From NCBI GenBank assembly GCA_027081115.1, contig JALWLD010000121.1, positions 22,786-86,785 on the forward strand: a stretch of 64,000 bases of DNA, in the 5' to 3' direction. The translations under genes and the position numbers were made by a program. The notes beneath the pieces are model-generated. The model had not been told where the DNA came from and searched no databases. It saw only the letters and a program-made list of their open reading frames with translations. Below are positions 41,777 through 51,623 of the stretch, one piece after another. Source of the DNA: Sulfurovum sp. Its GTDB lineage: Bacteria; Campylobacterota; Campylobacteria; Campylobacterales; Sulfurovaceae. Numbering within the stretch: the stretch's first letter is position 1; every line of letters starts with the position of its first letter.

Positions 41777-42715
41777 ATGTTAGATTGTGCAATTATTGGT
41801 GGCGGGCCAGCAGGCTTGACAGCAGGGCTTTATGCTACACGTGGTGGACTTCAAAATGTGACGATGTTTGAGATGGGTATGCCTGGTGGGCAGATTACTC
41901 AAAGTTCTGAGATTGAGAATTATCCTGGTTTTTTTGAGCATGACAAAACAGGTATGGATTTTATGGATACTTGGCAAAAACAGTGTTTTCACTTTGGTTT
42001 GAAACATGAGATGAAAAAAGTGGAGCGAGTGGCTAAAAAAGGTGAATATTTTACCATTTATCTTGAGGGCGGAGAAGAAGTTGAAGCAAAGACGGCCATT
42101 GTCTGTACAGGTTCTACACCTAAAAGGGCAGGATTCAAGGGAGAAGATGAATTTTTTGGAAAAGGTGTAAGTACTTGTGCCACCTGTGACGGCTTCTTCT
42201 ACAAAAACAAGCCTGTTACAGTACTTGGTGGTGGAGATACCGCACTTGAAGAGGCATTTTACCTCTCAAATATCTGTTCTGATGTTTATGTGGTACACAG
42301 ACGGGATGAATTTCGTGCAGCACCACCTACCCTTGACAGAGTAATGAGAAAAAAAAATATTCACCTCATAACCAATTCAGTTATTGAAGAGGCTGTTGGT
42401 GATGCAATGGGACTAACTGGTGTCAAGATTAAAAATAATGATGGTACCATTACCCATATGGAAAATACAGGACTTTTTGTCTTTGTAGGACACAATGTAA
42501 ACAATAATGTCCTTAAAGATGAAAAGGGTGAGTTTATCTGTAAAATGAATGACTGGGGTCAGGTTATCGTAGATTTGAGTATGAAAACATCTGTATCTGG
42601 TCTGTTTGCGGCAGGTGATATGCGTATAGAAGCACCAAAGCAGGTAGTTTCAGCAGCCGGAGATGGTTCCATAGCAGCACTTCAAGTAATTTCATATATT
42701 CAAGAACAACAGTAA
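41777..42715 (+). CDS. trxB: thioredoxin reductase
   Basis: GGGPAG, CATCDG, GGGDTA, FAAGD. Confidence 0.96.
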   Translation: MLDCAIIGGGPAGLTAGLYATRGGLQNVTMFEMGMPGGQITQSSEIENYPGFFEHDKTGMDFMDTWQKQCFHFGLKHEMKKVERVAKKGEYFTIYLEGGEEVEAKTAIVCTGSTPKRAGFKGEDEFFGKGVSTCATCDGFFYKNKPVTVLGGGDTALEEAFYLSNICSDVYVVHRRDEFRAAPPTLDRVMRKKNIHLITNSVIEEAVGDAMGLTGVKIKNNDGTITHMENTGLFVFVGHNVNNNVLKDEKGEFICKMNDWGQVIVDLSMKTSVSGLFAAGDMRIEAPKQVVSAAGDGSIAALQVISYIQEQQ

Positions 42716-42726
42716 AGAGAGATAAA

Positions 42727-43494
42727 ATGATAAAAGTCGGTATTGTCGGTAGTACAGGTAGAATGGGTGAACATCTTATAAAAAATGTTTTGGAAAAGGA
42801 AGCTTTAAGTCTTGCAGCATTGCATGTATTTGATGAGTTGAAAGCGACCGTACCAGATGATGTACTGGTAACAAACAGTATGAAAAAAATGCTTGAAGTT
42901 TGTGATGTGATTATTGATTTTTCGGCACCTGCAGCAACTCAAGAGTTGTGTGAAGAGGCATTGAAAAACCCTATACCACTGGTTATAGCAACTACTGGAT
43001 TTACGGCACATCAGCAAAACCTTTTAACAGAAGCAGCCAAAGAGATGCCCGTTCTGTATGCATCTAATATGTCCGCAGGTATTGCTTTACTCAAACAGTT
43101 GGTTGAGCAGGTTTCTGCTACATTAAAAGATTTTGATATTGAAATTGTTGAACAACATCATAGACATAAGGTAGATGCGCCCAGTGGGACAGCACTGACA
43201 TTGGGAGAGTTCGCAGCCAAAGGGCGTGGACTTGACCTGGATGCAGTACGTGTCTCAGGAAGAGATGGACAGATCGGTGCAAGATCCAAAGATGAGATTG
43301 CAGTCATGGCACTGCGTGGTGGAGACATTGTAGGTCGACATACAGTTGGTTTTTACAATGATGGAGAATTTCTTGAGCTCAACCATACAGCAACAAGTAG
43401 AGAGACGTTCTCCAAAGGTGCGATCCGTGCAGCAACATGGCTTGTAGACCAAAAGAGTGGGCTCTACTCAATAAATGACTGTTTAGGAATATAA
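42727..43494 (+). CDS. dapB: 4-hydroxy-tetrahydrodipicolinate reductase
   Basis: GRMG, EQHHRHKVDAPSGTA. Confidence 0.96.
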   Translation: MIKVGIVGSTGRMGEHLIKNVLEKEALSLAALHVFDELKATVPDDVLVTNSMKKMLEVCDVIIDFSAPAATQELCEEALKNPIPLVIATTGFTAHQQNLLTEAAKEMPVLYASNMSAGIALLKQLVEQVSATLKDFDIEIVEQHHRHKVDAPSGTALTLGEFAAKGRGLDLDAVRVSGRDGQIGARSKDEIAVMALRGGDIVGRHTVGFYNDGEFLELNHTATSRETFSKGAIRAATWLVDQKSGLYSINDCLGI

Positions 43495-43495
43495 T

Positions 43496-44866
43496 ATGTG
43501 TGCAATTGTTGGTGTTTTCGGTGCAAAAAAAGCTTCTACTGTAGCATATTACTCTCTCTTTTCGATGCAGCATCGTGGACAGGAAGCAACAGGTATCTCT
43601 GTAGCCAACGGTAAACGTATCTCTATTTATAAAAAGAAAGGTATGGTCTCAGATGTTTTTTCCCAGGTAACACTTGACGGTATGGATGGTGGGTGTGCCG
43701 TTGGGCATAACCGTTATTCAACAGCAGGGACTGAATCAGCAGGAGATTCTCAACCGGTCTTTGCCAAGTATAAACTTGGTGAGATCTCAGTAGTGCATAA
43801 CGGTAATCTTATTAATAAACATGAGGTAAGAGATGAATTGATCGATAGAGGTGCTATTTTCCAAACTGATATGGATACAGAAAATATCATCCATCTCATC
43901 GCTAAGTCTCAAAAAGATGCTTTGGTGGATCGTATCAAAGATATGTTGACCAAAATTGAAGGTGCCTACTGTTTAGCAATTCAGAGTAGATCTAAAATGT
44001 TTGTGATCCGTGACCGTTTTGGTATCCGTCCTCTCTCCCTTGGAAAACTGAAAGATGGTGGTTGGATTGTTGCTTCAGAGACTTGTGCTTTTGAGTTGGT
44101 AGGTGCAGAGTTCGTTCGCGATGTAGAACCTGGAGAAATGATTACATTTGAAGAGGGAAAAGAACCTGTCTCGGAGAAGATCTTTGAGCCAGACTATCAC
44201 CCTTGTGCTTTTGAATACATCTATTTTGCAAGACCAGATTCTATTATTGATGGTAAGAATGTCTATGAGATGCGTTTGGAAATGGGTAAAAGACTGGCGA
44301 AGGAAACGCCTGCAGATATAGACCTTGTCTTGCCTGTACCTGACTCGGGTGTGGCAGCTGCCAGAGGATATGCTGATGGAATGGGTGTACCTTTTGAGAT
44401 GGGGATTGTAAGAAACCATTATGTGGGAAGAACTTTTATTGAACCAACACAAGAGATTCGTGACCTGAAAGTAAAAATGAAGCTTTCTCCTATCAAGCAT
44501 TTGATCCAGGGTAAAAGGGTAGCCATTATTGATGACTCTTTGGTTCGAGGAACAACATCTAAGCAGATTGTCCGTATGCTTAAAGAAGCAGGTGCTAAAG
44601 AGGTGCATATGCGTATTGCAGCACCGGAGATCAAATACCCTTGTCGTTACGGTATAGATACCCCAACAAAGCAGGAGCTGATCTCTACGCGTTATACACC
44701 TGAAGAGATTGCTGAGAATATGGGAGCAGATTCACTTGGATTCTTGTCTATTGAGGGATTAAAAGAGTCTCTTGGAGATGATAGAGAATATTCTCTGGTT
44801 TCTTTTGACGGGAACTATTTTGCCGGTGGGAATGCTGAGAGTCCGGGGTGTGCAGGAGGATGTTAA
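43496..44866 (+). CDS. purF: amidophosphoribosyltransferase
   Basis: N-terminal MC, QHRGQE, GHNRYST, IDDSLVRGTT. Confidence 0.97.
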   Translation: MCAIVGVFGAKKASTVAYYSLFSMQHRGQEATGISVANGKRISIYKKKGMVSDVFSQVTLDGMDGGCAVGHNRYSTAGTESAGDSQPVFAKYKLGEISVVHNGNLINKHEVRDELIDRGAIFQTDMDTENIIHLIAKSQKDALVDRIKDMLTKIEGAYCLAIQSRSKMFVIRDRFGIRPLSLGKLKDGGWIVASETCAFELVGAEFVRDVEPGEMITFEEGKEPVSEKIFEPDYHPCAFEYIYFARPDSIIDGKNVYEMRLEMGKRLAKETPADIDLVLPVPDSGVAAARGYADGMGVPFEMGIVRNHYVGRTFIEPTQEIRDLKVKMKLSPIKHLIQGKRVAIIDDSLVRGTTSKQIVRMLKEAGAKEVHMRIAAPEIKYPCRYGIDTPTKQELISTRYTPEEIAENMGADSLGFLSIEGLKESLGDDREYSLVSFDGNYFAGGNAESPGCAGGC

Positions 44867-44876
44867 GCTTCTTCCC

Positions 44877-44905
44877 GTTCCCACGTTGCACGTGGGAATA
44901 GATAC
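44877..44905. repeat. REP-like palindrome or bidirectional terminator between purF and hisIE
   Basis: TTCCCACGT-TGC-ACGTGGGAA with a GTAT foot on the minus strand. Confidence 0.55.
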
Positions 44906-44962
44906 ATCAATTTAATCTACAATAATATTTTATATATATTTTCTTTTCAATGTTTGTTTGAA

Positions 44963-45628
44963 TTATTTCTTTCTTGATTCTTTCTCTGTGATCCCTGACA
45001 TACCGAAACGTCTTGCTAACTCTTGTTTTACTCTATCTGGAGAGATCTCTCTATAGCCTAGACCGACAAGTGCATGGTAGAGAAGGTCAGCACTTTCGTA
45101 AATGACCTGTTCATCACTCTCTTCGTTAATAGCCACACAAACTTCATCTGCTTCTTCACGAATTTTAGAAAGCATGAGCTCTTTGTTATCTAAGAGTTTC
45201 TTGGTCCAGGATTTTTGATCTGCTGAGGCATTTTTGCGTTCTAAGATGGTATGGTAGAGGGTATCTACTACACTGTAGATAGCATCAGTATCTACCTCTT
45301 TGTCTAAGATAACCTTCTCTTGTATTACGGAGGTAAAGAAACAGCTTTTTCTGCCTGTATGGCAGGCTACGCCATTTTGTTTTATTTTGAGTATGACAGT
45401 GTCTGCATCACAGTCAAGTAGAACATCTTTAATCTCTTGGGTATGGTTAGAACTCTCTCCCTTTTTCCAGATGCGCTGTTTGCTTCTACTAAAGTAGTGT
45501 GCATAGCCAGAAGAGAGGGTAAGATTATAGGCCTCTTCATTCATGTAGGCAAGCATGAGCACATCATTGGTTTGAAAGTCTTGGGCAATAGCAGGGATTA
45601 GAGGGGTTTTATTCCAGTCGATGGTCAT
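44963..45628 (-). CDS. hisIE: bifunctional phosphoribosyl-AMP cyclohydrolase / PR-ATP pyrophosphatase
   Basis: SRS..W.KGESS, DCDAD, ACHTG..SCF, ESADLLYH. Confidence 0.95.
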   Translation of the reverse strand: MTIDWNKTPLIPAIAQDFQTNDVLMLAYMNEEAYNLTLSSGYAHYFSRSKQRIWKKGESSNHTQEIKDVLLDCDADTVILKIKQNGVACHTGRKSCFFTSVIQEKVILDKEVDTDAIYSVVDTLYHTILERKNASADQKSWTKKLLDNKELMLSKIREEADEVCVAINEESDEQVIYESADLLYHALVGLGYREISPDRVKQELARRFGMSGITEKESRKK

Positions 45629-45645
45629 GATGATTTCTCCGATAC

Positions 45646-45709
45646 GTAGGGTACTGTGTCTTCACAGCACCGAATTGATGATTGGTACTGTCGGGAGACA
45701 GCACCCTAC
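45646..45709. repeat. REPIN (two inverted GTAG-REPs, 12-nt spacer)
   Basis: GTAGGGTACTGTGTCTTCACAGCACC (45646-45671) and reverse complement GTAGGGTGCTGTCTCCCGACAGTACC (45684-45709). Confidence 0.8.
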
Positions 45710-45713
45710 AGAT

Positions 45714-46817
45714 TTATTGTTGTGCCGAAACGGCTTTTTGTTCTTTACCTTGTGTGTTGACCCAGATATTAGGTACAGCACCACCAGGGGTAAGGAAGAT
45801 CTTTGCATCTTTGTTGACTTTTAATGCATCATTGAACTTCCCTTGGGTTTTGATCTGCTCGAGTTGTAGAAGTTCCTGTGTCAATGAAGAAGAGATAAGT
45901 GTATTGGCTTTGGCTTGTTCCTCCGCTTCAATACGGATCTTATCAGCTTCACCCTGTGCTTCAATACGGTTTCTTTCTGCTTCACCACGTGCCACTTCAG
46001 CTGCTTTTTGTGCCTGCTGTTTTGCCTTTTCTTTCTCTTGTTCTGCAATCGTTACTTCTTGTTTTGCGATCTGTACTCTTTCGATCTGATCTTTAATCTT
46101 AGTAGGTAGATTGATGGTTCTAAGCTCTACAGAAGCCAAGATTACAGGTTGGTTTGGAAGTTCATCTACACTTTGTTTGACTTTTGTCTCAATAGCAGCT
46201 GCAATTTCGTTACGCATTTCAGGAAGCTGTTCTGCGGTGTACTGTCCAACAACATCACGTACGACTTCTCTTACTTTAGAGTTAATGATCTTCTCTTCCC
46301 AACTTGAGCCCCATTTTTCAATAGTAGCTGGTGCAGTTTCAGCTTTAAGTCTGTACTGTACCGCAATATCTATTTTTACGGTTAAACCTCGTCTGTCCAA
46401 TACGGAGATAGCAGGGTTTCTTCTAAGTCCACCTTCAAATCCTCTGTATGAATCACCAATGGCACCAGTGCTTACATCAGAGTAGGTAATCAGTCTGATA
46501 CGGGTGTTGACCGGGATGATCTTTTGAAACACAGGGATGAAAAAGTGCAGACCTGCTTTGAGAGGAGTCGGTTCAAATTTACCTGTGTTGACTTTGATCC
46601 CTACTTCACCTGAGTTGATGATGGTAAATGGTTTGAGTACAAAAAAAGCAAATCCTATTGCAATGAGGATCACGATCCACGGGCCGCCTTTCCCTATGTT
46701 ATTGAGTGGATTTTCAAAGTTGTTTCCTCCCCCTGAATTGTTGCTGTTCGAACCGTTGTTGTTTGTATTGTTGTTAGGTCTTTTCTTTTTAAAATAGTCA
46801 TTCATGTCTGCTGGCAT
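45714..46817 (-). CDS. SPFH/prohibitin (band 7) family protein
   Basis: TM segment, GEVGI..GLHF.IP, AEAE-type coiled coil; AAGGA SD before ATG 46817 (MPADM). Confidence 0.9.
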   Translation of the reverse strand: MPADMNDYFKKKRPNNNTNNNGSNSNNSGGGNNFENPLNNIGKGGPWIVILIAIGFAFFVLKPFTIINSGEVGIKVNTGKFEPTPLKAGLHFFIPVFQKIIPVNTRIRLITYSDVSTGAIGDSYRGFEGGLRRNPAISVLDRRGLTVKIDIAVQYRLKAETAPATIEKWGSSWEEKIINSKVREVVRDVVGQYTAEQLPEMRNEIAAAIETKVKQSVDELPNQPVILASVELRTINLPTKIKDQIERVQIAKQEVTIAEQEKEKAKQQAQKAAEVARGEAERNRIEAQGEADKIRIEAEEQAKANTLISSSLTQELLQLEQIKTQGKFNDALKVNKDAKIFLTPGGAVPNIWVNTQGKEQKAVSAQQ

Positions 46818-46840
46818 GTATTTTCCTTTTTTGCTTTCGC

Positions 46841-46860
46841 GTAGGGTGGGGTTATCCACC
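46841..46860 (+). repeat. short GTAG-type REP variant
   Basis: GTAG-GGTGG-GGTTAT-CCACC followed by AAATA, as at 35684. Confidence 0.55.
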
Positions 46861-46866
46861 AAATAA

Positions 46867-47787
46867 TTAATTGATATATGTTAAGTGTTGTACATAGTCA
46901 GGATTCTTTCCTGCAACGACGTCAAAATAGGCTGTTTGTAGTTTTTCGGTGATCGGTCCTCTTGAACCTTCACCAATGATACGGGCATCAACTTCACGTA
47001 CCGGTGTTACCTCTGCAGCTGTACCTGTAAGGAAACACTCATCACAAATATAAATTTCCTCGCGGCTGATTCGTCTTCTAACTACTTCTATACCCATGTC
47101 TGTTGCAAGGTCGATGACCGTTTGCTGTGTAATGGACTCCAGTGTATTGTCAGATGGAGGAGAGATGAGTTTCCCTTCGCGTACCATAAAGAAGCATGCA
47201 CCAGAAGCCTCGGCAATGTAGCCTTGGTCATCTCTTAACAATGCTTCATCATACCCTGCTTCAACGGCCTCAAATTTAGCCATTTGAGAGTTAAGATAGT
47301 TTGCAACTGCTTTGGCTTTTCCCATACCTGAAGTATTGGGTGTTCTAGTCATCGAAGAGATCTTAAGTCTGATCCCTTTTTTAAGACCCTCTTCTCCAAG
47401 ATAAGCACCCCATTTCCATGCTGAGATGGAAACATTTACCGGGCAATCTTTATGGTAAAGACCCATAACACCATAGCCAAGGTAGACGAGCGGTCTAATA
47501 TAGGCTCCATCAAAAAGTTCATTTTCCTGAAGGAGTTTAACCTGTGCATCGTTGAGTTCTTCCACTGTATAAGGTACATCCATCAGTGTCATTTTTGATG
47601 AGTTCAGAAGTCTCTGTGTGTGTTCCGTCAGTTTAAAAATGGCACATCTTCCATCTACAGTCTTGTATGCTTTTGTGCCCTCAATGGCGCCATTACCATA
47701 ATGAAGAGTATGTGTCAGAACGTGAACCTGTGCTTCATCCCAAGGAGTGAGTTTCCCGTCCATCCAAATATATTTTGCTTTATCCAT
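46867..47787 (-). CDS. ilvE: branched-chain amino acid aminotransferase
   Basis: LHYG..EG, YIRP, AKAVANY, LESIT, GTAAEV. Confidence 0.95.
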   Translation of the reverse strand: MDKAKYIWMDGKLTPWDEAQVHVLTHTLHYGNGAIEGTKAYKTVDGRCAIFKLTEHTQRLLNSSKMTLMDVPYTVEELNDAQVKLLQENELFDGAYIRPLVYLGYGVMGLYHKDCPVNVSISAWKWGAYLGEEGLKKGIRLKISSMTRTPNTSGMGKAKAVANYLNSQMAKFEAVEAGYDEALLRDDQGYIAEASGACFFMVREGKLISPPSDNTLESITQQTVIDLATDMGIEVVRRRISREEIYICDECFLTGTAAEVTPVREVDARIIGEGSRGPITEKLQTAYFDVVAGKNPDYVQHLTYIN

Positions 47788-47864
47788 TAATGTGCTCCGT
47801 AACGCAGCAAGTAGTGCTACGTAAAATAATTGGATATTTTAGCTAAAAAGTGGTTAATAGTGGG

Positions 47865-48053
47865 TTATGCGAATTTAAGGAAGAGACCTATAAGCAGTGA
47901 AAGTAATATGGTAATAGAGATGAGTAGTATGTTATGTACTTGTTCTGAAAGGGTTACTTTTTTTTCAATAAAATCAACAATTCTCATGGCAGGGTATGCC
48001 ATGAAAACAAGCATGACGACAGAGAAGACCAGGGTAAGTGCAATGTTAATCAT
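47865..48053 (-). CDS. small 2-TM membrane protein
   Basis: 62 aa, two hydrophobic helices, 1 nt after the upstream gene. Confidence 0.7.
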   Translation of the reverse strand: MINIALTLVFSVVMLVFMAYPAMRIVDFIEKKVTLSEQVHNILLISITILLSLLIGLFLKFA

Positions 48054-48054
48054 C

Positions 48055-48438
48055 TTAGAGCCCGTAGTAGTTTTTTACAAAGTCTAATTCTTCTTTGTTT
48101 TGAAGAGAAAATTCTGCAATTTTGGTACCGTTTTCATCGTTAATGATGACGGTGTTCTTGTTACGTTTCATATGTTTTTTTGCCCACTCTTTTTCAAGAC
48201 GTTCAAACTCTTTAAAGAGTGTCATATTGTTTGGTTTTTCTTTGAATTCCGGATCACTCTTATGCATGATCTGAAGTCCTCCAAAACGTTTATCAAGATA
48301 GTAAGGACTGTATTTTTGAACGGTTTTGTACACACGTGCATTTTTATGGCTTGGTTTGCTTTGCATAAATGCATCTAGTCCGAAGAGAAGAAAGCCAAGA
48401 AGCAGTGCAATAGGAAGATATTTTTTAAATGAACCCAT
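48055..48438 (-). CDS. hypothetical membrane-anchored protein
   Basis: Start at ATG 48438 (AAGGT SD), N-terminal TM, YSPYYLDKRFGGL. Confidence 0.75.
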   Translation of the reverse strand: MGSFKKYLPIALLLGFLLFGLDAFMQSKPSHKNARVYKTVQKYSPYYLDKRFGGLQIMHKSDPEFKEKPNNMTLFKEFERLEKEWAKKHMKRNKNTVIINDENGTKIAEFSLQNKEELDFVKNYYGL

Positions 48439-48464
48439 TGGATACCTTAACGTTGATTTTTGAC

Positions 48465-48534
48465 AGTATAGAGCCTTTTGGCTAAAGATCGCTTGATGAA
48501 TATCAATCAACCCATATTTAAACTGTGTTATGAT
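48465..48534. promoter_or_regulatory. one Crp/Fnr box shared by two divergent class II promoters
   Basis: TTGATGAATATCAA at 48493-48506; + strand -10 TATGAT at 48529-48534; - strand -10 TATACT at 48470-48465; both 22 nt from the box edge. Confidence 0.75.
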
Positions 48535-48562
48535 TCTTTAAACAATTAATAGGGTTATTTAT

Positions 48563-48928
48563 ATGGAAAATTTTTTATTTTTAGAGGGCGCGTATCTGAT
48601 ACTCGGTGGGATTATTTTACTGGTCACACTTTTTGTCTCAACAAGACCATTTATGTCCAAAGGGGCATGGAAAAAAGGTTTGTTTTGGGTAACTGTGGTA
48701 TTGGCAGTTATGATAGGCGCACACTATAGCATTACAATGAACAGAATGGCAGAGGTCAAATCAGCCTTTGAAAAAGGTCAGGAAATTATCTGTGAAAGTC
48801 GTATGCAGCGTAAAGTAGCACAAACAGTAACCATCCAAAAAACCAATGACTGGTCGCTTGAGAATGACAACTTTGTCTCACCAAATTATAGCAGACCATT
48901 TTTTGTTGCAAGATGTATCGTAAAATAG
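48563..48928 (+). CDS. hypothetical membrane protein (2 TM plus a domain with 2 Cys)
   Basis: 121 aa; TMs, EIICES, ARCIVK. Confidence 0.75.
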   Translation: MENFLFLEGAYLILGGIILLVTLFVSTRPFMSKGAWKKGLFWVTVVLAVMIGAHYSITMNRMAEVKSAFEKGQEIICESRMQRKVAQTVTIQKTNDWSLENDNFVSPNYSRPFFVARCIVK

Positions 48929-48999
48929 ATTTACGGTACACTTTTATTATAATTTTTTCTTAATTCAATCATCAATTTTTTTCTTTTTCCCTTCTTTTC

Positions 49000-49041
49000 T
49001 TGATATATGTCAATAGTATCTATTTTTTAAACTGTCATAAT
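49000..49041 (+). promoter_or_regulatory. Crp/Fnr box plus extended -10 of the nor operon
   Basis: TTGATATATGTCAA at 49000-49013; TGn-CATAAT at 49033-49041; centre -41.5. Confidence 0.8.
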
Positions 49042-49100
49042 ACTTCATGCTCAAAGGTCTTGACCCTTTAAGTAAAATAGATAATTAACAGGAGTCACAT

Positions 49101-49454
49101 ATGATGGAATCGTTGGTAGTTCGACCAGAAATCGCGTTAGACCAGTTCTTACCGGTTTTTGTAGAGTCAACACTCGTGCTTGTCTTTGGTGTGGGGTATG
49201 CAGCAATTATTACCCTGGCTAAAATGGGTTACTTTTCCAAAAAGTGGATGCCTGTTGGGTATCTGTTTTGGGCATTACAAACTTATTTCTTGTATGATTT
49301 TGCGATGTTAATTCAGAGTAATCACTTTACTATGAAGGTATTGATGGTTACGATGGTTGCGTATCTTTTTGTTCCCCACTTATATTTTTACTTGATATCT
49401 GCAGCGGATGATCGTTACGAAGACAAAGATGAAATTGTACAAGATACACACTAA
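49101..49454 (+). CDS. 3-TM hypothetical protein, first gene of the nor operon
   Basis: AGGAG SD, three hydrophobic helices, 14 nt before norC. Confidence 0.8.
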   Translation: MMESLVVRPEIALDQFLPVFVESTLVLVFGVGYAAIITLAKMGYFSKKWMPVGYLFWALQTYFLYDFAMLIQSNHFTMKVLMVTMVAYLFVPHLYFYLISAADDRYEDKDEIVQDTH

Positions 49455-49468
49455 AGGAGGAGAAATAC

Positions 49469-50140
49469 ATGGCTAATGAAAATGTTTCGGTTTGGACCAG
49501 CATACCATTTTGGCGTCGTTCTGCGGCATGGGTAACAGGATTTGCAACTATTTTGCTTATCTGGCTTACTTTTGATACGCTTGGACAGATCACAATGGGT
49601 ACTGATGCAGACCTAAAGAACGGGGTAACTAAAAGAGTACCGGGAGCAACGGTAATCAATTATAAAATTGGTTATGAGATGAGTAAAGAAAGAGGGCATG
49701 AAGTGCCAACTATCGGTGAAAAACAGCCGTTCTTTGGTAAAGAGTGGAGTGAGAAGGAAGCAGCAGACTTGCTACACCTTGGTAAACTTACTTCTCAGGC
49801 AAAGAACTGTATGAACTGTCATACATTATTAGGAAACGGAGCATATTTTGCACCAGACCTTACAAAAGCTTGGTTAGATAAAGCATGGCAAGATGGTGGA
49901 CCACTACAGGGGATGACAGGAAAAGCAACAGTTGAAGAAGCAATGGCAGAGTTCTTGCAGCATCCTTCTCAGTATCCAACTCACGCTCGTATGATGCCAG
50001 ATCTTGGTATTACAGCAGATGAGGCAAAAGGATTGGTAGCTTTCCTTAAACACATGAGTAGTATCGACACCAACGGTTTCCCAAGAAACTTCTCGAAATC
50101 TGTTGAAACATTCAAAGCAGGAGGCACACATGCTCACTAG
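49469..50140 (+). CDS. norC: nitric oxide reductase cytochrome c subunit
   Basis: N-terminal TM, CMNCHTLLGNGAYFAPDLT, RMMP. Confidence 0.92.
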   Translation: MANENVSVWTSIPFWRRSAAWVTGFATILLIWLTFDTLGQITMGTDADLKNGVTKRVPGATVINYKIGYEMSKERGHEVPTIGEKQPFFGKEWSEKEAADLLHLGKLTSQAKNCMNCHTLLGNGAYFAPDLTKAWLDKAWQDGGPLQGMTGKATVEEAMAEFLQHPSQYPTHARMMPDLGITADEAKGLVAFLKHMSSIDTNGFPRNFSKSVETFKAGGTHAH

Positions 50141-51578
50141 TATTAAAACAAACGAATTTAAAGGTAGTAAATCCAAAGAATTGGCAATGATGTATTTCAG
50201 AGTTGCAATTATTCTTTTTGGTGCGCAACTCCTTTTTGGTCTTGTTGCAGCAATTCAGTTCTTGGTCCCGGGATTCCTATTTGAACTTCTCGACTTTTCA
50301 GTAGCCAGAACAGTGCATATTAATGCATTGGTAGTTTGGATGCTTTATGCGATGATTGGTTCTGTTTACTTTATGTTAGCAGATGAAACAGGTGAAGACG
50401 GTGTGCATATTGGTCTTGGAAAATTAGCTTTCTGGGTACTCACAGCAGCGGTCACAGTAGTTGTACTTGTATATATTCTTGTTCAGGTTGGTGCAGGTAC
50501 AGAAGCATCTATTTGGTTCATTAATGAAGGTAGAGAGTATATTGAAGCACCAAGATGGGCCGATATCGGTATTGTAGTAGTTGTACTTATTTTTTACTGG
50601 AATGTATTTGCTACCTATATGAAAGGTAAGCAAACAGGGATCATGACAGTTATGGTTGCTGACCTCTTGGCACTTGCAGGACTTTATGTTGTAGGTATGT
50701 TCTTTACAGACAATATCTCTATGGATCAATTCTGGTGGTGGTGGGTAATACACCTTTGGGTTGAAGCTACATGGGAAGTATTTGTCGGTACATTGGCAGC
50801 GTATGCACTTATCAAAATCATCGGTGCTAAAAGAGAAATCGTTGAGATGTGGCTATGGATTGAAGTTCTTATGTTATTTGGTTCTGGTATCCTTGGTATG
50901 GGTCACCACTACTTCTGGATCGGTACACCTGAGTATTGGTGGGAAATTGGTGCACTATTCTCAGCACTAGAACCAGTACCATTGGTTGCAATGTTTGTTC
51001 ATGTCCTTTACGATTGGGGTAAACAGCAAGGTATTGCAAAAGCTGAAGGTAAAACAGGTTCTGTTATGAACAACGGGCCAGCTATGGCATGGATTGTAAC
51101 CAATGCGTTTGGTAACTTCTTGGGTGCAGGTATCTGGGGATTCTTCCATACTTTACCTCAAGTAAATATCTATACACACGGTACACAGTTTACAGCGGCA
51201 CACGGTCACTTGGCATTCTTCGGGGCCTATGCAACGATCCTTATCGGGATGATATACATGGGTGTTCAGTATGCATACGGTATTGATCGTATGAAAGCAA
51301 CATTCAAGTCTAAAATGGGACTTTTCCTCGTAGCCTTCGGTGTTATGGGAATGACAGTTGCTTTGACTATTGCCGGATATGAACAGGTTCTTGTTGAGAG
51401 AGCTGAACTAGGTGGAGGATGGAATGCATTCTTTGCTGCACAAGAGTTGCCTTGGTATATTCAAGCTATGTTGTGGAGAGCGATCATGGGTGTTGTAACA
51501 TTCGTAGGATTCATCTACTTAGTGTGGGATCTTCTTACTATAGGTAAGCAGGCTAAAGCAGCACAGGCTGCAGCATAA
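50130..51578 (+). CDS. norB: nitric oxide reductase large subunit (cNOR)
   Basis: GREYIE, WWVIHLWVEATWE, GHHYFWIG, AHGHLAFFG; GGAGG SD before ATG 50130. Confidence 0.95.
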   Translation: MLTSIKTNEFKGSKSKELAMMYFRVAIILFGAQLLFGLVAAIQFLVPGFLFELLDFSVARTVHINALVVWMLYAMIGSVYFMLADETGEDGVHIGLGKLAFWVLTAAVTVVVLVYILVQVGAGTEASIWFINEGREYIEAPRWADIGIVVVVLIFYWNVFATYMKGKQTGIMTVMVADLLALAGLYVVGMFFTDNISMDQFWWWWVIHLWVEATWEVFVGTLAAYALIKIIGAKREIVEMWLWIEVLMLFGSGILGMGHHYFWIGTPEYWWEIGALFSALEPVPLVAMFVHVLYDWGKQQGIAKAEGKTGSVMNNGPAMAWIVTNAFGNFLGAGIWGFFHTLPQVNIYTHGTQFTAAHGHLAFFGAYATILIGMIYMGVQYAYGIDRMKATFKSKMGLFLVAFGVMGMTVALTIAGYEQVLVERAELGGGWNAFFAAQELPWYIQAMLWRAIMGVVTFVGFIYLVWDLLTIGKQAKAAQAAA

Positions 51579-51581
51579 TTT

Positions 51582-51605
51582 ATAGAGAGGATAACTCCTC
51601 TCTAT
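51582..51605 (+). terminator. intergenic hairpin after norB
   Basis: ATAGAGAGGA-TAAC-TCCTCTCTAT. Confidence 0.55.
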
Positions 51606-51623
51606 CTTTAAAAAGGAGATATA

